A stretch of 32,000 bases of DNA from positions 4,800,001 to 4,832,000 of the forward strand of contig CP104013.1 of assembly GCA_025839675.1 (NCBI GenBank), given 5' to 3'. The position numbers and the translations under genes are program-made. The DNA is from Candidatus Lokiarchaeum ossiferum. Lineage in GTDB: Archaea; Asgardarchaeota; Lokiarchaeia; Sigyniarchaeales; Promethearchaeaceae. Below, one piece after another: positions 24,701 to 31,941 of the stretch; the stretch's first letter is position 1, and the number at the start of each line of letters is the position of its first letter. Below the pieces are notes generated by a model, which had not been told where the DNA came from, did no database searches, and saw only the letters and a list, made by a program, of their open reading frames with translations.

Positions 24701-25001
24701 AAAGTTCAAGTCGCAGATCTGTTGCGGAACTAATTGGGATCATTCTTACATTTTTCAATCTAAATCCGATCACCTCATGTACTGATTCTGCAATATCTAT
24801 CATTTTTGGGAGATTAGGATCATAAAAGATGTAAACCCAATCTAAATCATATTTGTCTAACGGATTAGTGTCTTTCCGTTGACTTTCTTCCATAAATTCG
24901 GCAGCTGAAGCCGCTTGCGGAATAATACTAAAAGCAAACGTTGCTATAACGAATACTGAAAGAAGTTGAATGTGAAATTTGTGAGATTTATAAAACTTCA
25001 T
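18765..25001 (-). CDS. giant (2078 aa) surface protein with ~26 thrombospondin-type-3-like Ca2+-binding repeats, a large unassigned N-terminal region, an Ig-like C-terminal domain and a TM anchor
   Basis: Signal peptide ...VFVIATFAFSIIPQAASAAEF. Residues ~1165-1935 carry repeated D-x-D-x-D-G-x-x-D-x-x-E units (DTDGDGLTDAYE, DTDNDGLTDGEE, DSDDDGLIDGIE, DTDFDGLTDGEE, DSDNDGIIDGYE, DTDGDGFSDGTE...). A beta-sandwich-like segment follows (VWYRFDNGTGWSDNVSMTYE..YTMEVYGRDLNGTVHKVVVYFEV), then TM GGIGGGSVLLIGTTILIIL-KKKKGGA. Its stop is 3 nt before the start of the FG-GAP gene. Confidence 0.8.
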   Translation of the reverse strand: MKFYKSHKFHIQLLSVFVIATFAFSIIPQAASAAEFMEESQRKDTNPLDKYDLDWVYIFYDPNLPKMIDIAESVHEVIGFRLKNVRMIPISSATDLRLELYDAPWLAIYALDSNLYGVNFEEYSLSWRTFTKLLLAQPNTQHIMGMGNTLTFDKFIPSDANYIHHSEAEQTDAILLTMFDIWSVAELAEKKSAEDENYLKAAEDLKQMSGQIYADNFNALFQVSTEPQTPVGQIDPEAAEERKNAMWDRHEAELEPTAYYKDEEGELTEIPEEELDEGFSPIIKLSAPEAAAEDDFDLGELPLFSGLSGPIGEIVDVLLTIMESTGDTSLSIPSNIMETIQSSFGQITQLIGLAKDPSAESALKIVIDAISNEFPFIESMKDYLNIFVKALFNLRGDTSDIMEIVMELIQTLMADLLPEESSGIVDTIFSILDFGEDLWNSIDEVVNEGKNVFDVMVSFFMENVLDALLNKTIAGVLGWTPSEVSDMLPKVKSVVKSLVSFLVNFDIEELLENIGGPLLQLLAGTVSTDMQAGMDKITSMMKLSFKVIDLVDNFNAESVIELVKVVLQEFVGDSSIVGDAEELARKVMNIVKNYKEGGMTSVANFKAEIIAKLEEGLASSVSSNLRNIIADVMTIITGIYNDGFDVNQLPDLFEIAFDILDEVGMGSTDLTTIKKIVNETVRPILGMIAYITDSGSLKQLMKNALKDVGTNLYQAIPKLLKGVITGFTPQAKRTETFNSTINTFGEIASGILNLVSSVKGKSFKGILQALWTSVGSIITIHPYFDGVPIDAFLNLLKSFFPEMFGLEPKDLPSATQIINEIMSIVSGLIPTQYSEMLNQFLKIAMDLKGLFTNGLDWIIGKVMDWLTGLLNPMIDELETAILGIFGGGQEIIGYHGKIPIGLGEWSLFDLKIDLGITANFNIDPTPLLDFIKSLIFDGRSTFSLNSVGDFFKTIFACFEISPVFVAELGVDGMDSSKNSFMQYLLGALGLELSFSGSAHFKMSLFTFKGGIFEWEDFFNIIEWGFNIKIQLSKTMTLLEFFTGGMGGGAINAVAEFLGLDSITISIYLGVEIDICKKAASATSPEVSTLTIVITLGVAIHIGINLLIVEIVIDGSLEIILTFFQDLSSSAPMKITLRLILTLKIKLRFLFASTTKTWTWEPGGPWDLSPNKGDTDYEDAGIGFDSDGDGLGDEYEATIPGLDPNNPDTDGDGAGDKLEVKTMGTDATDPDTDNDGLTDGEEWDEGTNPLQPDTDWDDVTDYEELKVYNTDPFSQDTDGDGLTDAYEIYTKWDIDNVTTTVTEINIGGETYNDHTDPLNPDTDGDGLMDGDEGPMGAYYGLDSLYNETDTAVAGDPLIFFYGYTHPLDADTDDDSNYQLYNGMVDKQLNNYYLFDCNDGAEVAGFDLIVYDDEGEPELKHVFTNPVNPDTDGDTGNSDHTPLPGQWLNGDGFELAYGTDPTDGDSDDDGLIDGIEGVLNPYSNHTNANDPDTDDDGLFDMQEILLGTDPRTADSDFDMIPDGDEFYIFFTNPNLIDTDFDGLTDGEEVYFWHSNPLTDDSDGDNIVDGDEVLKYGSDPMDEDSDNDGLTDYQEIFVYGTDPFDYDSDGEGLSDGEEILFYDTDPLNWDTDGDSIVEPNAEGKMTWPMSDYDEVMVYGTNATRSDTDMDGLRDGLELYLGSGQIPWTDPIPLNPLSNDTDGDGLEDGLEVQLKNQTDILYPFISATLVFQYNTSAVLNDTDGDGVNDYLEVIVYNTNPQVIDTDNDTLSDYDEIFKYNTSAIYNDTDGDGLYDNEELLTIILPASASQVPIPFVASVTITTYNTDPLNPDSDGDLLPDGAEVHYYGTDPMDDDSDNDGIIDGYEFDTDFDGLADGLEFKIGTQAIYGGGIENPDSDFDGLLDGDEYYLYGTDPTKSDTDGDGFSDGTEMAVGTDPLVWTSKEEFNNMLSIALGSGSMKVLLPKNQSTVYLKTQVRVVNFTSFSDVWYRFDNGTGWSDNVSMTYEADKQQWFNDTITWEPGNYTMEVYGRDLNGTVHKVVVYFEVITQINPALFWGGIGGGSVLLIGTTILIILKKKKGGA

Positions 25002-25024
25002 GAAAAAATTACTGCGAATTAGCT

Positions 25025-25032
25025 TAATTAAT
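25025..25032 (-). promoter_or_regulatory. candidate TATA box for the giant-protein operon (possibly a leaderless transcript)
   Basis: Palindromic TTAATTAA centred about 28 nt upstream of the ATG at 25001. No Shine-Dalgarno-like motif lies in between. The spacing fits an archaeal TATA-to-TSS distance with a near-leaderless mRNA. Confidence 0.25.
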
Positions 25033-25241
25033 GTTTTCTTCGATATTGCCCCAATATTAGAATAATTCCAAAAAAAGGGATTGATTTCATTGTATTTTTT
25101 CCAAATTTACATCTGAAAATCTAGAAAAATTACCAAAAAAACCATTTCTAATTATTGAAGGGACTTAGATTATTACTACATGGAATAACAACTATTTTCA
25201 GTAATTAAGATTTAACCAATAATAAATATTTGGTGTGCTTT

Positions 25242-27599
25242 ATGATATCCTTAAAACTCTCAAAAAATGAATTTTTAGATTTGATTTCTGCTTTTGAGAA
25301 TTTTTGTTTTCATAATCACTCCAATATTTATCATTATGCTGGCCAAAGTGTGAGTTTCTCTGAAAATGAATTTAATGATGAGACTGTGAATCCAAAAATG
25401 TTGGTTGAGCTACTTGAAGATAAACCATTGATGAAACGACAACAATCTGGCACGGTTTTTACTCCTGATACAATCACATACGAGATCGTATCTTTAGTCT
25501 TAAATATGAAAATGAGTCATCATTTTGCCAAAACCCCAAATTCTCACAATTTATTTAATTTCAAAGGGAGTTTCTGGGTTAATTTTAATAAATGGGTTAA
25601 AAAATCTTCAATTTCACAACTTTCTTCTTTTTTAAGTGAATTGTTCGGTTTATTTCTTTCCAAAAATAAAATATTAGATCCTGCTGTAGGGGGTGGATCT
25701 TTCATTTTCACTACTTTTCTAAAATATTTAGAATTTTATGTTCTTCTCTATCCTTATTACATTAATCCTAACAAGAGTCAATTGTCAAAGATGTCTTTGG
25801 TGCAACTTTTGGGAGTATGGAATCAATGGGAAAATACATCTTCCATTGAAAAACGGTTTAAATTCCTTCATCTGACATTCCATAATTCGACTCCATCTCA
25901 AAAAAGTGATATAACTCATAATTTTCTTAAAATATTAAATGAAAATATTGTTTGTTTCGATATCGACCCTATTGCAGTACGAGTTACGAAAATTCGACTC
26001 CATTGTTTATTAAAAACTTTTTTTGGTCATTCTGCGATGGAAAAAACACCTCTTTCGATCCAAACCCACTCGCTTGATTTTCTTTCTGTCACTTCAAAGA
26101 ATCTCCTACCTTACTTTGACATAATATTGGGTAATCCTCCATATGTGGGATCTGATTCATTGGCAAAATTCTATCCTCGCTCTCATCATGAGGATCTAAA
26201 AAATAAATTTAGGGAGGTCGTTTTATTAGGGAGTAAACCTGATCTATATTTTTATTTTATAAAACGAAGCCTCGATTTACTCGCCAAAGAGGGAATTTTA
26301 GGCTTTATCATACCCAATCGAATTCTATCGAATACTTATGCTCAGAAGTTGCGGGAATATATCTTCTCAGTAACACGAATTGATTATGTGATTACTTTTT
26401 CTGATACGCTGGAAATATTTCCTTCCGCAAATGTTCATCCTTGCGTTATTCTACTTAAAAAACCAAACATAGTTGGAGATCCCGAAAATTATATTACTAA
26501 ACATTTTACGAATTTAGAAAAATCAAATCAGAGTGGATGGGATCTTGGAATGAATACTCAAATTCCCTTAACCTTAGCTAAAAATTATAATCTATTTTTA
26601 TCCGGTCTATCCTCTAAAAATATTTTATTTTTAGAAAAAATGGCTTCTTTTTCGCCGCTTAAATCCATTTTGCACATTCGAGAAGGTACCCGACTTGCAC
26701 GTTTTAAATCCAAATACCCTCCCAGCTTCCCTTATCGAATATCTAAGGATGAATGGAGTAATTTGTCACTTCCAGAACAATCTCAATACTTGGCAGAAAT
26801 TCGGGGAAAACAAATTAAATCTTATTCTATCTTACCTACTACATCTTATCTTGCCCTTCCCAATCTTCTTTTGTCTAATAATATTGTTTCCCAACGATTA
26901 GCTTTGCTAGAAAAATATTCCAAACCTACCGTGTTTATTCGGGAGTTGGGTAAAGAAATTTTTGCTTCCTACATCGATTGCAGTTCCCAACCTTCCATTG
27001 GTTATGGGGGGGTTTATTTCTTTCAATATGCTGATTTTACGGCAAAATTTCTTAAAACTTTTGAAAAAATTGATCTTCCTTCATCTGATGTTTTATTGGC
27101 TTTTTTAGTATATTTTTCTTCGACTTTCTTCTTAAAACTTTACAGGATTCTATTTACAACAGGATCTTGGGGAAATGCGCTTAAATTCCGTAGTTCATAT
27201 TTTGAACAGATCCCTTTTGTTCCCTTCAATTATGAGTTGTTTGCCGTGTTTGGTCAAATTTTGATGATACTTAATCATCCTTCTTCCTTAAAATCCTATG
27301 AAAAAGTTAAAAATACTACACAACTCATCACTTGGATTGAGGGCATACGAGAGAAATTATTAATTGGGCGAATTTATTCTCAAGATGTTCCTACTATCTC
27401 CAATTTTGAGAAATTTCTTCTTGGTTCTCTAAATGAATTCCACTTTTCCAAGGATCTAGAATACTCCTTGGATAAATTGGAGAATCTTCTAAATTTTTTG
27501 TCAATAACACGAACTAAAATTTCAAGTCAAAAGTTTTATAGTGTATTTCTTAAGGAAGTGAGTGATTGTGAGAATAGATTGATTAAAGAATCTCAATAA
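25242..27599 (+). CDS. gamma-class N6-adenine DNA methyltransferase (TaqI/Eco57I-methylase-like), stand-alone
   Basis: Motif X GTVFTPDTITYEIV, motif I ILDPAVGGGSFIF (25677-), motif IV ILGNPPYVGS (NPPY at 26133-26144). The post-NPPY block (KPDLYFYFIKRSLDLLAKEGILGFIIPNRIL) parallels M.TaqI ([31 protein letters not shown]), and a long C-terminal region contains a TaqI-like TRD start (LKSILHIREGTR). The ORF track starts at TTG 25230; ATG 25242 is preferred. Confidence 0.8.
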   Translation: MISLKLSKNEFLDLISAFENFCFHNHSNIYHYAGQSVSFSENEFNDETVNPKMLVELLEDKPLMKRQQSGTVFTPDTITYEIVSLVLNMKMSHHFAKTPNSHNLFNFKGSFWVNFNKWVKKSSISQLSSFLSELFGLFLSKNKILDPAVGGGSFIFTTFLKYLEFYVLLYPYYINPNKSQLSKMSLVQLLGVWNQWENTSSIEKRFKFLHLTFHNSTPSQKSDITHNFLKILNENIVCFDIDPIAVRVTKIRLHCLLKTFFGHSAMEKTPLSIQTHSLDFLSVTSKNLLPYFDIILGNPPYVGSDSLAKFYPRSHHEDLKNKFREVVLLGSKPDLYFYFIKRSLDLLAKEGILGFIIPNRILSNTYAQKLREYIFSVTRIDYVITFSDTLEIFPSANVHPCVILLKKPNIVGDPENYITKHFTNLEKSNQSGWDLGMNTQIPLTLAKNYNLFLSGLSSKNILFLEKMASFSPLKSILHIREGTRLARFKSKYPPSFPYRISKDEWSNLSLPEQSQYLAEIRGKQIKSYSILPTTSYLALPNLLLSNNIVSQRLALLEKYSKPTVFIRELGKEIFASYIDCSSQPSIGYGGVYFFQYADFTAKFLKTFEKIDLPSSDVLLAFLVYFSSTFFLKLYRILFTTGSWGNALKFRSSYFEQIPFVPFNYELFAVFGQILMILNHPSSLKSYEKVKNTTQLITWIEGIREKLLIGRIYSQDVPTISNFEKFLLGSLNEFHFSKDLEYSLDKLENLLNFLSITRTKISSQKFYSVFLKEVSDCENRLIKESQ

Positions 27600-27613
27600 A
27601 AAAATAGAAAAAA

Positions 27614-28141
27614 TTATTTAAAGGTTTTTGAGAATGCCCAGATTCCATCGGTTAAAGAATGGACACATTTGATCACTTTTCCTTTTTCTCGCGCTTCCAT
27701 TTCCGCTGCGTCAAATGTTGCTTCTCCAACTGCTAAAACTCGGTTGTGGCTTGGATCTTTAATTAGAATGATTTCTCCTTCTTTAATGCCTGGATCAATT
27801 GTAGTAATTCCAGGGCGCATAACATCCGCTCCTTTGGATACAAACTTGATTGCTCCTTCATCAACATGAACTGATTTGAAGGGTAATTCATTCTTCATCA
27901 GATAGCTAAGTAAAGGCACTAATTTATCTTCTTTTAACCAAAATGTTAGAACTCCATCTATTGCATACAATTCTTGATTTTGATCTAATCGAATCCATTC
28001 CACTTTCGATTTGGAAGAAAGAATATCACTTGCGGTCGCGGCATTTTCAGCCAATAAAGCATCAAATTTTGCGATCAGTTTCTTCTTATCTTTTGATTTT
28101 AATAAATGCCGTTGATGGATTTTTAAGGGAGCGGGAGCCAT
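27614..28141 (-). CDS. PUA-domain RNA-binding protein (MCT-1/Tma20-like, COG2016-type)
   Basis: The C-terminal PUA signature VHVDEGAIKFVSKGADVMRPGI...GEIILIKDPSHNRVLAVGEATFDAAEM and the N-terminal MCT-1-like domain layout; about 175 aa, as in the archaeal family. Confidence 0.75.
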   Translation of the reverse strand: MAPAPLKIHQRHLLKSKDKKKLIAKFDALLAENAATASDILSSKSKVEWIRLDQNQELYAIDGVLTFWLKEDKLVPLLSYLMKNELPFKSVHVDEGAIKFVSKGADVMRPGITTIDPGIKEGEIILIKDPSHNRVLAVGEATFDAAEMEAREKGKVIKCVHSLTDGIWAFSKTFK

Positions 28142-28182
28142 AGTTATTTACCTTGTAATGAATTTCTATTAAGCCTTTGGGT

Positions 28183-29490
28183 TTATCGTTTTGGGTAACC
28201 CAACGCGTATACATGCGCATAATCATCTGGATTTACCAATGAACGATGCCCTATAAATGTTGGAACGGTTATTTTTGGGATGATTTCTTTGAATTCTGCC
28301 CAATCGGTTGGGATTAATACCAATTCTGCATCTTTAATGCACTCTTCCGCGGAATTCATGTAGTTTACTTCGGTGATCCGTCTTTCTTCTAACATTTCTT
28401 TTGCCATTTCCATTCCTTGGGGACAATATGCTTTAATTTCGCATCCTTGGGAAACTAAGTAGGAAATAATTCGTAAAGCGGGTGATTCACGTGTGTCATC
28501 GGTCTCAGGTTTGAAAGATAAACCTAAGATCCCAACTTTTCGACGTGCGATAGAACCCATTTTTTCTTGAGCTAAATCAATTAAATGTAAATATTGGGTA
28601 TGATTAACCGCTACCACTTCTTCCAAAATCCGAAATGGTGAATGACGAACTTGACCTGCATGCACAATTGCATTCACATCTTTTGGGAAACAACTTCCTC
28701 CATACCCAGGACCATTTCGTAAAAACATGGGGCTAATTCGTCGATCGGCCCCAATCGCTTCCAATACTTCCTTGGCATCAATTCCTGCTGCATCACAAAA
28801 ATTTGCCCACTCATTAGCAAAGGTGATTTTTGTGGCTAAGAATGAATTTTTGGCGTATTTAATTGCTTCCGCTGCTGTGATACCAACATAAGTGAACTTG
28901 CTTTCTTCAGCCCAAGCATACATTTCTCTCATAATTTTTTTTGTTTTTTCATCTTGAGTTCCCAAAACAATGCTATCAGGATGGATGGAATCTTCTACCG
29001 CAACTCCTTCTCGTAAAAATTCTGGATTCATACATAATCCAAAATCAATGCCTGCTTTTTTACCAGAATATTGTTCCAACAGTACATTGACCGTGTTTAA
29101 CGATGTTCCAGGAACAACTGTCGATTTAACCACCACTACATGATAGTTTTCTTTTGTTTTTAATGCTTCCCCAATACCTTTAGCGACTTGTTGAATATAG
29201 GAGAGATCAATCATCCCTCCTTTATCGGGTGTTCCCACACAAATTAATGAAATGTCGGTTGCATGCACAGCTTGTTGTAAATCAAGGGTTGCTCGAAGTG
29301 TTTTTTTCTTGAGCACCAATTCTTGAAGTAAACCTTCTAAACCTTTTTCAAAGATGGTGGGAATCCCTTTATTAAGGGAATCCACTTTTTTAGGGTCAAT
29401 ATCAACTAAAATAACTTCATGGCCATAATGAGCTGCTCCCGCTGCATTTACTTGGCCGACATATCCACTACCAACAAATGAAATCTTCAT
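28183..29490 (-). CDS. ugd: UDP-glucose 6-dehydrogenase
   Basis: N-terminal Rossmann MKISFVGSGYVGQV, NPEFLREG, and the catalytic Cys motif GGSCFPKDV. The ORF track begins at TTG 29505; ATG 29488-29490 directly precedes the GxGxxG strand. Confidence 0.85.
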   Translation of the reverse strand: MKISFVGSGYVGQVNAAGAAHYGHEVILVDIDPKKVDSLNKGIPTIFEKGLEGLLQELVLKKKTLRATLDLQQAVHATDISLICVGTPDKGGMIDLSYIQQVAKGIGEALKTKENYHVVVVKSTVVPGTSLNTVNVLLEQYSGKKAGIDFGLCMNPEFLREGVAVEDSIHPDSIVLGTQDEKTKKIMREMYAWAEESKFTYVGITAAEAIKYAKNSFLATKITFANEWANFCDAAGIDAKEVLEAIGADRRISPMFLRNGPGYGGSCFPKDVNAIVHAGQVRHSPFRILEEVVAVNHTQYLHLIDLAQEKMGSIARRKVGILGLSFKPETDDTRESPALRIISYLVSQGCEIKAYCPQGMEMAKEMLEERRITEVNYMNSAEECIKDAELVLIPTDWAEFKEIIPKITVPTFIGHRSLVNPDDYAHVYALGYPKR

Positions 29491-29577
29491 CTTACGGAAT
29501 AACAATTTAAGAATCTTTTAAAATTCTAACAAACAGTTTTTTTATTATCAAAACTTTGAATTTGTGTAGAATTTCTA

Positions 29578-29976
29578 ATGTCATCTCAAAAGATCTCGCT
29601 TAAACGTTTTAAATGGAAAATTGCACCTTGGTTGCGTCCTGAAAATATCTATGCATTATGGCTCTATTGTAAACAAGGGATCCTCTCCTTTGAATATGAA
29701 ATAAATCCAGAAATAATTTTGCCGAAAAGTGAAGTGCGGGCACGGAATAGTAAAAATTTAGATTTTCCAAATTTCATCAAATTGACAGATCCCAAAATAA
29801 TTGCGATGGTTGGAAATCATTTGAAATCTACCACTGTGAAGGGTGCTATTGGAAAAGGGATTTTCTTGGGAAATATCGAAATTCTATTTGAAAACTCTAA
29901 AAAAAGCATTCCAATGATGTCCACATTAATTGATTGGCGGGAATGGTGGTTATCCACGAATAAGAGGAGTCCTTAA
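29578..29976 (+). CDS. hypothetical protein (132 aa)
   Basis: ATG ORF with an AT-rich TATA-like tract about 40 nt upstream. Basic N-terminus, Trp-rich C-terminus (LIDWREWWLS). No family recognised. Confidence 0.45.
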   Translation: MSSQKISLKRFKWKIAPWLRPENIYALWLYCKQGILSFEYEINPEIILPKSEVRARNSKNLDFPNFIKLTDPKIIAMVGNHLKSTTVKGAIGKGIFLGNIEILFENSKKSIPMMSTLIDWREWWLSTNKRSP

Positions 29977-30067
29977 AAATTTAATCGATTTTCTTTGTGG
30001 TGAAATTATTTTTTAGATATGTAGAATTACATTCTTTAGAAATTATCTTTTTAAAATAGGAACGAAA

Positions 30068-31030
30068 ATGTCCAATTTAGAAAAACCTACTAAACGGTTG
30101 GAGCGTTATAAAATCTTATGGGAAATCAGCGAAGCTTCACCGATCATCCGCCGATATTTTGCTATGAACTTCTTTGATGGTGTTTTAACTGCATTAGGGA
30201 TTGTCCTTGGTAGTTTTGTCATTTTTTTAGATAATAATGAAGCTACATCAACTCCAATTAATGGATTTGTATTTTTCACTGGGTTAACCACTGCTATCGC
30301 AATTGGGATTTCTGGTCTCACGGGAAGTCATCTTGCAGAATCTGCAGAACGCAAGTTAAATGTAATAGAAATGAAAAAAGTACTTGGGTTGGTTGATCAT
30401 CACGGAAATGAGAGAACTGATGATTTAGATCGTCCAAAATGGACAGAACGTGATATAAGGTTGGCTTTGGGTAAATTCGAGAATATTAATGCACCTGTTT
30501 CTCGAAAAAGAGCCAAGAAATCAAGCCTCCATTTGGGATTAACACCTGAGCAAGCAAAAAAATTAAATTTAAATTTAGACGGGTCTCCCAAAGTCGTGGA
30601 TACAAAAAAACCTCCCTTAGTTCAACCAACTCCTAAAAAACAAAAAAACCTCCAAAGTCCAACCAGCGAAGAGCAACCAAGAAAGAAAAAGAAGAAGGTT
30701 GAAAAAGAAGAAACTATTTTCGAGGCTGCGCAGGAATTTGCCAGTAAAGTTGCTGCGGCTGTGGATGGGCTTAGTCCTTTCGCAGGTGTTGTGGTTGTAG
30801 TGATTCCTTTTCTCTTTGCTGGGTGGGATTCTACAGTTGGGTGGGCTTCCTTCATAATTTCGTTCATATTGACAGTAGTTGTGTTATTTTTCTTGGGAAG
30901 ATATTTAGCCATTTTAAGTCGAGAATCTGTTATAAAATATGGTGCTCAGATGGTTTTTGCTGCCTTATTGACTGCATTATTGACTCTTGGATTAAATCAA
31001 ATTGTCCAAGGCTTAAATCGTGTCGTCTAA
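30068..31030 (+). CDS. VIT1/CCC1-family (DUF125) membrane protein with Lys/Pro-rich cytoplasmic loop
   Basis: RRYFAMNFFDGVLTALGIVLGSF (compare the VIT family G.nDGlvs...lv.G), then GLTTAIAIGISGLTGSHLAESAERK (compare SMa.geYls..s). The C-terminal three-helix block AAVDGLSPFAGVVVVVIPFLFA...FFLGRYLA...GAQMVFAALLTALLTLGL follows. Assignment is from motif recall only. Confidence 0.5.
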   Translation: MSNLEKPTKRLERYKILWEISEASPIIRRYFAMNFFDGVLTALGIVLGSFVIFLDNNEATSTPINGFVFFTGLTTAIAIGISGLTGSHLAESAERKLNVIEMKKVLGLVDHHGNERTDDLDRPKWTERDIRLALGKFENINAPVSRKRAKKSSLHLGLTPEQAKKLNLNLDGSPKVVDTKKPPLVQPTPKKQKNLQSPTSEEQPRKKKKKVEKEETIFEAAQEFASKVAAAVDGLSPFAGVVVVVIPFLFAGWDSTVGWASFIISFILTVVVLFFLGRYLAILSRESVIKYGAQMVFAALLTALLTLGLNQIVQGLNRVV

Positions 31031-31139
31031 AATTTCCATTATTCTCCCAAAATTTTTTTACCCGTTTTATTTTCTCAACTATCTTAATATCCTAGAAATT
31101 TTTAGGTCGAGAGGTCTATGAACTACTTGGTGAGATTAA

Positions 31140-31772
31140 TTGGATAAAATTGAGCGAACGGTTTTTGCTAACCTCGAGGCCCAGAGCAAGTTAGTGAGTA
31201 AAACTTTCAAAGAAATGGGCATTTGCATTAATGCATACTTAGAAGGAAATGAAGATGTGCAAAATAGCAGCATTACAAAGATTCGCAGCTATGAAAAAGA
31301 TGCGAGTAAAATTCGAAGGAAAAATTTAGAAGTTGTAGCTCAAACCGTGAGTATTTACCGTAGTGATCTGCTTCGATTGGTAATGAAAATGGCAGATGTA
31401 ATGGCAAATCAAGCAGGTGCTTCAGTACGCCTTGGCAAAGTAAGATACACCCCCCGTTCTGATGATGAAATGGTTCTCAAGTTTAAAACTTTAATTGATG
31501 TTTTCATTAAAATGGGGGAAGAGCTTAGAAATCTAATGTCCAAACTTGGAGAAGATATGGAAAAAGCCCATCATGCTTGCGATAGAGTGGATGAAGTAGA
31601 AGAACAAGTTGATGAAATTTATCGGGATTTACATGGTCATTTGTATAATAGAGAAGATATTCCATTGCGAATTATAATGCAGTTATTAAGTGTTGCAAAG
31701 CATGTTGAGGAAGCTTGTGATCATTGTGCAAGCGTGGCGGATTCTGTCAGAATTATTTTAGTGACGCACTGA
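31140..31772 (+). CDS. DUF47 / PhoU-like (TIGR00153-type) protein
   Basis: Two-repeat helical pattern with a conserved E..D pair in each half (SYEKDASKIRRKNLE ; VDEVEEQVDEIYRDL) and a C-terminal HVEEACDHCASVADSV block. The TTG start at 31140 follows an in-frame stop and a GGTGAG Shine-Dalgarno-like motif 5 nt upstream. Confidence 0.6.
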   Translation: MDKIERTVFANLEAQSKLVSKTFKEMGICINAYLEGNEDVQNSSITKIRSYEKDASKIRRKNLEVVAQTVSIYRSDLLRLVMKMADVMANQAGASVRLGKVRYTPRSDDEMVLKFKTLIDVFIKMGEELRNLMSKLGEDMEKAHHACDRVDEVEEQVDEIYRDLHGHLYNREDIPLRIIMQLLSVAKHVEEACDHCASVADSVRIILVTH

Positions 31773-31794
31773 TTTTAATGAATATTGGTAAACC

Positions 31795-31802
31795 TTTTTT
31801 TT
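31795..31802 (+). terminator. candidate oligo-T terminator after the DUF47 gene
   Basis: T8 run about 20 nt after the TGA stop. Confidence 0.35.
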
Positions 31803-31941
31803 ATGTGAGTTAAAAAGATCAATTAAGCTTTTACCTTTGAAAAAATTAAGTTGCTCAGATTAAAAAAACACGAGATTAATTGAATTTACTTATGTATAAC
31901 TATTTTAAAAGGGTTTTTTATGAAGATGGAGCACACTTGAA

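Noticed and set aside
10872-25001. Integrin/thrombospondin-like genes as eukaryotic contamination or recent eukaryote-to-archaeon transfer.
   Set aside because: The ORFs are intron-free, separated by 3 nt in operon fashion, share the AT-rich composition of the flanking archaeal genes, and use prokaryote-style signal peptides. FG-GAP and TSP3-like repeats are also widespread in prokaryotes.
25002-28141. The methyltransferase locus as a restriction-modification, BREX or other defence island.
   Set aside because: No endonuclease, specificity subunit, ATPase/helicase, phosphatase or protease partner is adjacent. The flanking genes are a surface-protein operon and housekeeping genes (PUA protein, ugd).
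29578-29976. The 132-aa hypothetical protein as a longin/roadblock-type partner for the Rag-like GTPases.
   Set aside because: There is only a vague beta-beta-alpha impression (IYALWLYCKQGILSFEYEI...) and no motif I can defend. The gene is 27 kb from the GTPases. Left as hypothetical.
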